Below, in pieces: positions 20,754 through 29,179 of a stretch of DNA of 45,584 bases. The notes beneath the pieces are model-generated. The model worked only from the letters and a program-made list of their open reading frames with translations, did not search any database and was not told the origin of the DNA. The DNA comes from Verrucomicrobiota bacterium (GTDB lineage Bacteria > Verrucomicrobiota > Verrucomicrobiia > Limisphaerales > JADJPG01). Numbering within the stretch: position 1 is the stretch's first letter; each line of letters starts with the position of its first letter. The DNA is taken from positions 1-45,584 of the forward strand of contig JBEEGQ010000219.1 of assembly GCA_041166945.1 (NCBI GenBank), given 5' to 3'. The position numbers and the translations under genes are program-made.

Positions 20754-21419
20754 ATGACCAAAGCAACCCGGTTGACCGGCAAGTCGCGAAAAGGAGTGGC
20801 GAAATATTCCGCGCCCCAATGCGTCCCGTTTCCTTCCCCCGCCACCCCGGACCTTTCCTCCGATCATCATGTGCCCCCGCCATGGAGACGCGAAGTGGAT
20901 CGCGTGCTGATCACGGATGTCCAAATCGCAGCGCGCATCCGCGAAATGTCGCGCGAGATTGAACGCGACTTCAGGGGGCACGAGATGGTGGTGGTCTCCC
21001 TTCTCAACGGCACCGTCCTGTTCCTGGCCGATTTGATCCGGCACTTGTCACTCCCGCTGCGCCTGGATTTCATCGGCGTGTCGAGTTATGGCGCAGGCAC
21101 GACCTCAGGCGAACTGGTGTTCACAAAGGAACTGCGGCTCGATGTGCGCGGTCGTGATGTGCTCCTGGTGGATGACATCCTCGACACCGGCCGCACGATG
21201 AAACGGGTTCTCGGCAAGCTCCGGAAATTGAGTCCCCGCCGCATCAAAACCTGTGTGTTACTCGATAAACCATCGCGCCGCGTGGAACGCGTGCGGGCCG
21301 ATTACGTCGGGTTCAAGATTCCCGATTTGTTCGTGATCGGTTACGGGCTCGACTACGCGGAACGGTATCGAAACCTGCCATTCGTCGGGGTGCTCAAGCC
21401 CGAGATGTATCGGGTTTAG
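20754..21419 (+). CDS. hpt: Hypoxanthine phosphoribosyltransferase
   Basis: VSSYG, VLLVDDILDTGRT (PRPP loop), LLDKP, FVIGYGLDYAERYRNLP; start uncertain and possibly further downstream. Confidence 0.92.
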   Translation: MTKATRLTGKSRKGVAKYSAPQCVPFPSPATPDLSSDHHVPPPWRREVDRVLITDVQIAARIREMSREIERDFRGHEMVVVSLLNGTVLFLADLIRHLSLPLRLDFIGVSSYGAGTTSGELVFTKELRLDVRGRDVLLVDDILDTGRTMKRVLGKLRKLSPRRIKTCVLLDKPSRRVERVRADYVGFKIPDLFVIGYGLDYAERYRNLPFVGVLKPEMYRV

Positions 21420-21463
21420 AAATCCGCCCGCCTCAGGGCGGCCTTAACCTCCAACGCCCGGCG

Positions 21464-22861
21464 TTACTTTGCGCCGGTGCCCGCGAGCACGACAGGAATG
21501 GTGCGCCACAGGATTTTTAAATCCAGCCAGAGCGACCAGTTGTCGATGTATTCGAGATCCAGACGCACCCAATCCCTGAAATCGCGCACGTTATTGCGGC
21601 CGCTGACCTGCCAGAGACAGGTCAATCCCGGTTTGACGCTCAGGCGCCGGCGTTGAGATGGGTCGTCGAAGCGCTCGACTTCGTCCACGGGCAACGGACG
21701 CGGCCCGACGAGGCTCATCTCGCCGCGCAGCACATTGATCAGCTGCGGAAATTCGTCGATCGAATATTTGCGCAGCCAGCGGCCGATCCGGGTCACACGC
21801 GGATCGTTGGTGACCTTGAAGACGGGGCCTCCCATTTCGTTGAGCGCGGCCAGTTCGTGTTGACGCTGCTCGGCGTCGCTGACCATGGACCGAAATTTCA
21901 GCATGGTGAACGGATGCCCATTGAGACCGCACCGGCGCTGTCGGAACAGGATGGGTCCGGGCGAACTCAGGCGGATGGCCAGGGGCACCACGAGCCAAAT
22001 CGGCATCAACAGCAAGACCATGATCGAGGCGAGCACCAGGTCGAGCATCTGTTTGAACAACCCTTCCCACGACGCTTCCGGCGCGGAACGAAAAACGAGC
22101 ACCGGTCGTCCGTAAAAATCGTCCAGGCTCGTGTTGGAAACCTGCGTTTTGAAGAAATCGGCGACGAGCCACGCCTCGACCCCTTCGATCTCACACGCCT
22201 GGATGGCTTTTTCCACCTCACCAAACACCGTATGCCGCGCGTTGATAATAACGCCATTGGCGGACGTTTCGTGCAGCAGCTTGACCAGTCCCGGAATGGC
22301 GCTCATGTTCAAATCCAGCTCGCCCACCAACTCGATGTGGTCGATGCCTTTGTGCCGCAGTTCGTCGCGCAACCGGATCCGATCCACAGGCGCGCCCACC
22401 AGCAACATCCGGCGTTTGATCTGAAGCACCCCCAGCCGGCTCCGGTAAAATATCCGCATCAATTCCTCGCTGAGAAAAACGAGGACAAAACTGATCGCGG
22501 CAAACAGCACGATGACACCGCGGGCGAGGTTGTAATAACGGAAGAGGAAAAGAAACACGACCACCCCGACCGCCGTCATAAAGCAGCCCTTGAACAATAA
22601 CCAGGCTGTCTCCCGCCGCGTCGCCGACATCGGCCGCTGATAAAAACCCTGGGTTTCCAGCACCAGCGGCGCGCCCGGAATGATGATGAGATACAACCAA
22701 ACGAAGGCGTCAAAGGAATCGATCGGCTCGAATTTCAGGAAAAGGATGTGTTCCGGAAAATGGGACCGCCACGCGTGCGCCAGCCAGAGGGCGAGCGCGA
22801 AGAGCGCCGCGTCTTTCAACTGGCAAATCTGCGTCCGCAGTTGGCGATCGCGCCGCAACAT
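21464..22861 (-). CDS. Polyprenyl-phosphate glycosylphosphotransferase (WcaJ/WbaP-like priming sugar transferase)
   Basis: N-terminal TMs, KFRSM, DPRVTRIGRWLRKYSIDEFPQLINVLRGEMSLVGPRP, KPGLTCLWQ, DLEYIDNWSL. Confidence 0.92.
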   Translation of the reverse strand: MLRRDRQLRTQICQLKDAALFALALWLAHAWRSHFPEHILFLKFEPIDSFDAFVWLYLIIIPGAPLVLETQGFYQRPMSATRRETAWLLFKGCFMTAVGVVVFLFLFRYYNLARGVIVLFAAISFVLVFLSEELMRIFYRSRLGVLQIKRRMLLVGAPVDRIRLRDELRHKGIDHIELVGELDLNMSAIPGLVKLLHETSANGVIINARHTVFGEVEKAIQACEIEGVEAWLVADFFKTQVSNTSLDDFYGRPVLVFRSAPEASWEGLFKQMLDLVLASIMVLLLMPIWLVVPLAIRLSSPGPILFRQRRCGLNGHPFTMLKFRSMVSDAEQRQHELAALNEMGGPVFKVTNDPRVTRIGRWLRKYSIDEFPQLINVLRGEMSLVGPRPLPVDEVERFDDPSQRRRLSVKPGLTCLWQVSGRNNVRDFRDWVRLDLEYIDNWSLWLDLKILWRTIPVVLAGTGAK

Positions 22862-22945
22862 AATCAGAGGGTCATCGGACGGAATGGCAGGGTGGTTGAC
22901 GCCCGGATTCTGGAGGGGAAATTCTCATGGCCATGGGTGTATGTC

Positions 22946-23692
22946 TCATCGGCGAGATTCGGATGCCGCTGAGGAACCGGCCGCCAGCTGGAATTGCGGA
23001 ACGGCGGCCGCGATCAGCTGGCTCATCCGGGCGTAAGTCGCCTCCTCCTGCCCCGGCGGGAAGTAACTAAAACACGAGATATAAGCCCACCGTTGAAGCG
23101 TGCTCTTTGTCAAAAGATCCTTCGTCATCAGCAGCATGCGCTCGTTGTGATCGGCCGTGATATGCCCGTCGGCCACGAACCAATAAACGTAAAACCCCTG
23201 GCGCTGCTGGCGTTTGCCTTCAACCTCCTGCGAAATCGTGAACCGCGTCACCGGCAGCGCATACGGATGCGGCTCCAGAACAGGAATGGTCAGTGACGTC
23301 GTCGTCACAATTTTTGCGCCCTGCCCGGGGAGACAATACTCGGGCTTGTGGATGCTGGTCCGGTCCCGGCCCATCAGGACCACGCTCAACTGCATCCCAA
23401 ATCCGTCCGCTCCCATGTACAAACGCCGTCCATAAATCGTGTCCGGAGGCAGCCAGTTCAATTCATTGGTGGTGAGAGGGATCACTCGGGAATGACAATC
23501 GAGCAGGTTTTCCGGTAGCGGCACGCTGTTCGTGTCCACCAGCGCGCCATCCTCGCGATAAATATTTTGGGCGACCACCCGGACGCCCGGCTCCCCCAAC
23601 TTTTGCGCGCTGCGTATGCGGGTCAAAGCCCCCGCGGTCAGGGCGATCGTGAGCAAACCCGCGATCAGAACCAGTTTGCCTTCGCGGTTCAT
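22946..23692 (-). CDS. Exosortase-associated EpsI-family protein
   Basis: SIHKPEYCLPGQG and YVYWFV motifs; ATGA overlap with the exosortase stop. Confidence 0.8.
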   Translation of the reverse strand: MNREGKLVLIAGLLTIALTAGALTRIRSAQKLGEPGVRVVAQNIYREDGALVDTNSVPLPENLLDCHSRVIPLTTNELNWLPPDTIYGRRLYMGADGFGMQLSVVLMGRDRTSIHKPEYCLPGQGAKIVTTTSLTIPVLEPHPYALPVTRFTISQEVEGKRQQRQGFYVYWFVADGHITADHNERMLLMTKDLLTKSTLQRWAYISCFSYFPPGQEEATYARMSQLIAAAVPQFQLAAGSSAASESRR

Positions 23693-24690
23693 GACTTCTG
23701 CTCGGCGCCCCCAATGAGGATGAGCCCATCGGCGGGAGGTTGAGTCGGGACTTTCCGTCCGCCGCGCAGCCAGCGGGCGGCCAGGGCCACTCCGATAAAA
23801 GCCGGGATGTACGGCAGGAGGCTGATCCAGCCATTGGAATGCACAAAGTGGCCGGCGGAAGGACCGAAGGCCTCCGAGGCCACCACGATCATCGTGAGCC
23901 GGCAGACATTGGCCACCACCGCCAAAGGCGCCGCCAGCGCCAACAAAATCACCCGTCGCCAGACCGTCGGCAATGTCAGGTATCCGTAGATAATCGCCGC
24001 CGCCATGATGGTGGTCAGGCTTTTGATGCCGCTGCAGACCGCGGCCACTTCATATTGATAAGCCCCGTCCACCGAGTAGAGCAGGTTGCCCGTCTGGCGC
24101 ACTCTCATGATCCCCAGCACGTCGTGACACAGCACTCCCGTGATTTTCGTGGCGCACAATCGCAACGGAACTGTCAGAGGCTCCGTTCCCGGGCCCAGAG
24201 GAATCGAAAACAGCAGCAGCGAAAAAGGAAAAATCGTGGCCCGCATCCACGCCGCCCCCCACAACAGACCTGTCAGCGCATAGATGCCTCCACAAAACGC
24301 CGCGACCGAGAGCCGTGTTTGTTGGATGAGATAGCCCGCGACGTGGGCCGCGATCGCCAGGATAAAAATGAGGAGCGCCGGCCACCAGACTTTCTTGGGC
24401 AACGCCACCAGTTCCTCCCGCTTGTACCAAAGCAACACGAGAACCACAGCCGGCATGATGTAGGCATGTTCCTGGTCGTGGATGCCGTGCATCGTCCAGG
24501 TCCACCACCGGAACATCGAAGGACTGTTGACATAACCCAGGGTCGAATTTCCGAGGAATTGGAACAGGACTATCCAGGCCGCAATTAATCCGAGCAACAC
24601 CCCCCGGTTCGGCAGCTGCCGCCAAAACTCAACAATGCTCCTTTTCAGGGAAATGAGAGCATGCTGAGAACTGTTGGAATCCGCGGACAT
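23689..24690 (-). CDS. Exosortase (EpsH/archaeosortase family)
   Basis: Multi-pass membrane protein; catalytic-type Cys (EVAAVCSGIKSL), Arg (ANVCRL) and His (FVHS); ATG at 24690. Confidence 0.88.
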   Translation of the reverse strand: MSADSNSSQHALISLKRSIVEFWRQLPNRGVLLGLIAAWIVLFQFLGNSTLGYVNSPSMFRWWTWTMHGIHDQEHAYIMPAVVLVLLWYKREELVALPKKVWWPALLIFILAIAAHVAGYLIQQTRLSVAAFCGGIYALTGLLWGAAWMRATIFPFSLLLFSIPLGPGTEPLTVPLRLCATKITGVLCHDVLGIMRVRQTGNLLYSVDGAYQYEVAAVCSGIKSLTTIMAAAIIYGYLTLPTVWRRVILLALAAPLAVVANVCRLTMIVVASEAFGPSAGHFVHSNGWISLLPYIPAFIGVALAARWLRGGRKVPTQPPADGLILIGGAEQKS

Positions 24691-24947
24691 CGGTAGTCTG
24701 GTTGATTGAGACACTAGGGCAATCCGGCTGCTCAATCAATTCTTTCATTGGGCTCATCCGGCTGGCTGATTTGGTGAAAAGCCGCGCCAAAGGCAGCCGG
24801 CGTCCCGCAGGTTCCACAGCGGGCTCAGGCATAAACTGGCCCTGAAACCTTCGTTCGTGATGCGGTTCCGCCTCCGGGGCCGCGTCTCCCCCGGTATCGG
24901 CATTCACGAGCCCCCACTTTAGCGGCCCGGCCCGGAACCGCCGACCC

Positions 24948-25640
24948 TCATGCGATCAATTTGTAACCGACCCCATGGACGGTAATGAGATGTTTCGGAT
25001 CGGTGGCGTTGTCGCCGAGTTTTCGCCGCAACTGCACGATCACCTGGTCCAGCGTGCGAGTCGTCCCATAATAGTTGTAGCCCCAGACCTCATTGAGTAA
25101 CCGGTCCCGCGCGAAGACCACCCCCGGCTGCGCATGAAACAATTGGAGCAGCTTCAATTCCTTCAACGTCAGGTCCTCGACATGTTTCCCCCGACGCACC
25201 TGGAACTTCGCAGGGATGATGGTGACCGGCCCGATCTTGAATTCCGCCTCCGCCCCCGGCGCGCCCGTGCCTGCCTGTCCGCGTCGAAGAAGGGCATTGA
25301 GCCGCGCGACGAGTTCGCGCACGCCGAATGGCTTGGTGACATAGTCGTCCGCCCCCAAATCCAGGCCAATTACCTTGTCCATCTCCTGGCCCTTGGCCGT
25401 CAGCATCAGGATGGGCGTCGTCACCTTGCGGGCGCGAAGCTGTTTGCAAACCTCGTAACCGCTCAACCCGGGCAGCATGAGGTCCAGCACGATCACCGAT
25501 GGCGCATGCCGCGCCGCCGCTTCGAGCGCCTTGTCACCGCGGTTGCAGGACACCACCTCGTAACCCTCGCTCTTCAGGATTTCCTCGAGCCCCAAAAGGA
25601 TGTGCGGGTCATCCTCGATGATTAAAATTTTGGGTTTCAT
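24948..25640 (-). CDS. OmpR/PhoB-family response regulator
   Basis: IIEDD, VLDLMLP, MLTAK, GADDYVTKPF; winged helix RTLDQVIVQLRRKL, TVHGVGYK. Confidence 0.95.
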   Translation of the reverse strand: MKPKILIIEDDPHILLGLEEILKSEGYEVVSCNRGDKALEAAARHAPSVIVLDLMLPGLSGYEVCKQLRARKVTTPILMLTAKGQEMDKVIGLDLGADDYVTKPFGVRELVARLNALLRRGQAGTGAPGAEAEFKIGPVTIIPAKFQVRRGKHVEDLTLKELKLLQLFHAQPGVVFARDRLLNEVWGYNYYGTTRTLDQVIVQLRRKLGDNATDPKHLITVHGVGYKLIA

Positions 25641-25676
25641 CGCGTCGTGGCTGTCTGTTCAAAATTCCAGCGTCCA

Positions 25677-27554
25677 TCACGCCTGATTCAACCCGGGCAA
25701 CTGGAGTGCGAAGGAACTGCCGCCCCCGTCGCGGGCATTGTAAATGACATCGCCTCCGTGGGCCCGGGCGATCTGGCGGGCCAGGGTCAGGCCGAGGCCC
25801 GACCCCTGAATGCCACTGCCGAGAGAATCATGCGCGCGATAAAACTGCGCAAAAATGTTTTCTTCGCAGCCGCGCGGCACGCCGAGCCCCCGGTCCAGCA
25901 CCCGCCACTCAACGCCGTCGCCCGACACCTCGAGTTCGACCTGAATCTCCTTGCGCTCGCCTGAATATTTTTCCGCGTTCGACAGCAGGTTCACCAGCAC
26001 CTGCGCCAGCGCATCCCGATCGCCCCGGATCAAAACCGGCATGGAGGGAAATAACGTTTGAAGGGTGAATCCGGCCGCTTCCAGATGCGGCCGATAGGAT
26101 TCCACTGTGTCGCGAGCGAAAACCGCGAAATCGAACGATGTGAATTCGTATTTTTTCTCGCCGCGCTCCATGCGGGCGAAATCGAGCACATTGTTGATGA
26201 GCCGCGTCAGGCGGGCGGCTTCAGCGCTGATAATGCCCAGGAAATGACGGCGCTTGTCCTCGTCCTGCACCCGTCCCTCCGCCAGCATCTCCGAGAACAT
26301 CCGGATCGAGGTCAGCGGCGTCTTGAGTTCGTGGGAAACATTGCTGACAAAATCTGTTTTCTGCCTGGCGAGTGTGAGTTGCCGCCGCAGGTCGGCCGCG
26401 ATGAGCCAGCTCCCGATGGCGATGGCCAGGACCAGCAGGCCGATCAACAACCCGAGCGTGAGCCGCGCCGCAGCGGCCGCCTGTCCCGCCTTCGCAGGGT
26501 TGAGCAGGTAAACCGCGACCTCCCAGTGCGGCAGGACTTCGCCGACTTCAGCGGCAACGAACGGTCGTTTCCACACTTCCCGGCTCGATGACGCGGGCGG
26601 GGGTTTTGGAATCGCGTTCGTGCCAACGATCGAAAATCCTTTCAAATAATTGCGCGGCGCCCAAAACGGATCCCGGGGCAATCGCGATGACTTGAGGGGA
26701 CGCGCCTTGTCGGGCCTGAAATCCCACTGCGACAATGCCACCGGCTTTCCTGAATCGTCCAGCAACGCCACGCAGACCTCTTCCTCCAATGGTTTTTCGA
26801 CTGTGACAGATCCGCGCAATTTCTCGGCGAGGCGGTTCAAATCGACCAGCGCGCCAAAGACCAGTTTTGGATCACGCGGGGGACGATACCAGAACAGCAA
26901 TTTAAGTTTGTCCTGCAGAAACCGCGCCAGCGTTCCCTCGCGCGCGTCGCCTACGATCCGTTGGAATTGAGCCTCCTCTGGAGCCAGTTTCGACGCGACT
27001 GGATCGTCCGAGACGTCCTTCTCCGGCGCGACCGTGCGGGGCTCCTTCGTTTTGAGGCCGTCGCCCGTTTTGGATGTCCCGGCGCCCTTGTCTTTCGAAT
27101 CGAATTTGCTTTGCGGAATGGACCCCTTGGGCGTGCTCCAGTAAACCTCGACGGCTTCGCGATTGCAGAGGAACCGATCATTCTCGAGCCGGAACTGCCG
27201 CGCCTCGACGCCATCGAATGGCGACGGTGCCAGAACCTGCCCATCCAGCGAAACAATGAAACCCACCTCCGCGAGAGGCCAGGACTTCCGCAGCGCCGGA
27301 TGAAAACGATAGGACCATTCGTTGGACGGGAACTGACCGAGGAATTGCTCGACCTGCTCGTTGAAAGACTGTTGGCCCGTCGCAACGGCGTCCGAAACAT
27401 CCCGGGCGACATTTTCGGCGACCGCCTGGTAGAGAAGCGTCTGCTGGCGTTCGAGCACGAGTTGTTCATCGCGCAGTGATCGCAACGCCAGCCATGCCAG
27501 CACAAGGCTCGGCGCCACCACCGCGAGCACAAAGACCAACGCGACTTTTTTCAT
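25677..27554 (-). CDS. Sensor histidine kinase with a large extracytoplasmic domain
   Basis: Two TMs; H-box NVSHELKTPL, N-box NLLSNAEKYS, G1 DRGLG, F box, G2 GSGLGL; ATG at 27554 (MKKVALVF). Confidence 0.93.
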   Translation of the reverse strand: MKKVALVFVLAVVAPSLVLAWLALRSLRDEQLVLERQQTLLYQAVAENVARDVSDAVATGQQSFNEQVEQFLGQFPSNEWSYRFHPALRKSWPLAEVGFIVSLDGQVLAPSPFDGVEARQFRLENDRFLCNREAVEVYWSTPKGSIPQSKFDSKDKGAGTSKTGDGLKTKEPRTVAPEKDVSDDPVASKLAPEEAQFQRIVGDAREGTLARFLQDKLKLLFWYRPPRDPKLVFGALVDLNRLAEKLRGSVTVEKPLEEEVCVALLDDSGKPVALSQWDFRPDKARPLKSSRLPRDPFWAPRNYLKGFSIVGTNAIPKPPPASSSREVWKRPFVAAEVGEVLPHWEVAVYLLNPAKAGQAAAAARLTLGLLIGLLVLAIAIGSWLIAADLRRQLTLARQKTDFVSNVSHELKTPLTSIRMFSEMLAEGRVQDEDKRRHFLGIISAEAARLTRLINNVLDFARMERGEKKYEFTSFDFAVFARDTVESYRPHLEAAGFTLQTLFPSMPVLIRGDRDALAQVLVNLLSNAEKYSGERKEIQVELEVSGDGVEWRVLDRGLGVPRGCEENIFAQFYRAHDSLGSGIQGSGLGLTLARQIARAHGGDVIYNARDGGGSSFALQLPGLNQA

Positions 27555-27613
27555 CGGACTTGAAACCAGTCTGACCCGTCCGACGCGTTTGGTCGAGGGC
27601 GACAACAAAAACG

Positions 27614-27687
27614 GCCTCCTCTCCCCTTCCCTCACCTCCATTTCAGAAATGGAGGAGAGGGTGTCCGAAGGACGGGAGAGGGAGCGT
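27614..27687. repeat. Palindromic repeat family 2 (CCTCTCC.../...GGAGAGG, RIME-like)
   Basis: Its reverse complement aligns almost end to end with 38488-38566; core hairpin CCTCCATTTCAGAAATGGAGG. Confidence 0.8.
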
Positions 27688-27746
27688 CCCTGCTTCGATC
27701 CAACCCAACCACATCGGGATACACGGCCGCGCTTGCGTGAATTGGA

Positions 27747-29033
27747 TCAGCGTGCGGCCAGCGATTTTGAAGCGGGTTTGCTCGCTGCTTGCAACAGTTC
27801 CCACGCCTGCTTGCTGAATTCGCCGACCGGCTCCTTCGCCAAAAGCCGTCGCGTCGTGGGCTCCATAAACCGCCCCAGCCCCAGGTTCCGCGCCGCCTCA
27901 ACCGCGCGCGAGCGCGCGGCGACATCGCCGTCGCTGTAATAAACCACCTGCTTCAACAGGTCCCATTCCATCGATGGCGTGATGGCTTCGGCGCGGCCCA
28001 CCATCACCCGCACGACTTCACGCGGTTTCGGTTGAACCGTCAGAGGCAGGACCCGATCCGTCCACGCGCGCGGCAATGTGTAGAGCACTCGCGTCCCCGT
28101 CTCGGTGAACCATGAGTCGTCCCAGGTTTGCACCATCGCCGAGGCTTCCCGCGCGTAAAGGCCTTCGCGCACGAGCGCTTCCCGCAACTGTCCCGAGATG
28201 CTCGCGCGCGCTTCCGACAAGGGAATGAAATTCTGCGCGGCATCCAGCTTCAAGGTTTTCGTCGCGCCGGGCGCGAGGCTGTCGAGGTAAATGTGCCGCG
28301 CCCGATCGCCGCGCACTGTGTAAAGAAACAAATTCCCCAAGGGTTCCTTGCCATTGTTTTGCACAGTGAAAGATTCGCCGTCCGCTCCCTGCGTCAGCGT
28401 CAGCGGCGCTGTGAAATTGCCGATCCCGCGGTAGAACAGAAATTTTTCGGTCTCTGCTTTCCCGCCTTTCGCAGCAGCGTCGATGCGCAGGAAATCGGCG
28501 TCCGTCGCCCGCGCCGCATAATAATGGCTGCCCGATTTCTCGAAGGGCAACGAGTCCGACAACGAACCGTGCTGGCTGAGGGGAAGCACCTGGACATGGT
28601 CCCAACGAATGAGACTGCGGCTGGAACGCGCGGGCGCTTTGGCGGTCGCCGGTATTCCCTGGGTGGCCTGCGGGAACCATTCAGTCACGATGCCTTGCGG
28701 AAAATCCACCGTGACGTCGACCTCCATTTCGCGATCCGAGTAAAAATAAATCACAGGCGTCTCCATACGCTGCCGGGTGACGAATGTGTCCTTGCCCCCG
28801 AAGGCCCGCACTGCGGGAAGCGAAGCCAGGCGTTTGCTGGCATCATAAACAAATGCCGGCAGCTCGGACGTGACAAGTGGATTCCATTCCAGCTGGATGC
28901 CATCGGCGCCCTGGACGGAAGTGAATGTTCCCCATTCATGGGCGATCAATCCGTCCGCGGCGCGGATCGGCGTGAAGGAGACCTGGGTGGCGAGGAGGGT
29001 GAGAAGGCAGAGTTTTGTTTTCATATGTTTCAT
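27747..29033 (-). CDS. Secreted uncharacterised protein with HEWGTFTS / METPVIYFY motifs
   Basis: Signal peptide (MKTKLCLLTLLATQVSFTPIRA), AHEWGTFTSVQG, RMETPVIYFY, EKFLFYRG, GLY..EA.AM..TW, RVMVGRAE; start at 29033 or 29024. Confidence 0.8.
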   Translation of the reverse strand: MKHMKTKLCLLTLLATQVSFTPIRAADGLIAHEWGTFTSVQGADGIQLEWNPLVTSELPAFVYDASKRLASLPAVRAFGGKDTFVTRQRMETPVIYFYSDREMEVDVTVDFPQGIVTEWFPQATQGIPATAKAPARSSRSLIRWDHVQVLPLSQHGSLSDSLPFEKSGSHYYAARATDADFLRIDAAAKGGKAETEKFLFYRGIGNFTAPLTLTQGADGESFTVQNNGKEPLGNLFLYTVRGDRARHIYLDSLAPGATKTLKLDAAQNFIPLSEARASISGQLREALVREGLYAREASAMVQTWDDSWFTETGTRVLYTLPRAWTDRVLPLTVQPKPREVVRVMVGRAEAITPSMEWDLLKQVVYYSDGDVAARSRAVEAARNLGLGRFMEPTTRRLLAKEPVGEFSKQAWELLQAASKPASKSLAAR

Positions 29034-29056
29034 TGGACTTAAAACTAAGCCCTGCC

Positions 29057-29096
29057 TTGTCACTCAACCGTCAAAGGTTTGTAAAACTATTGTGAC
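29057..29096. promoter_or_regulatory. Four phased direct repeats (11-bp period), candidate OmpR/PhoB-type binding array
   Basis: TTGTCAC 29057, CCGTCAA 29068, TTGTAAA 29079, TTGTGAC 29090; a minus-strand TAGTTT -10-like hexamer lies at 29047-29042. Confidence 0.6.
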
Positions 29097-29179
29097 GCCC
29101 CTTTCGCGCGCTGGGCGGGCAGGGCCCGCAACAGGCTGGTCTTTTATGGGCCCCCGAAGTAATATGCGCCGCATCACAC

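Noticed and set aside
21424-21441. CCGCCC-N6-GGGCGG hairpin between convergent hpt and the sugar transferase as a terminator
   Set aside because: Short stem without a convincing U-tract on either strand
24775-24789. Sigma-54 promoter (TGGCGCGGCTTTTCA, minus strand) upstream of the exosortase
   Set aside because: The -12 element reads CA rather than GC, which is too weak to call
27555-27641. Kinase start at 27641 (ORF track)
   Set aside because: That ATG lies inside the family-2 repeat; ATG 27554 directly precedes the first TM
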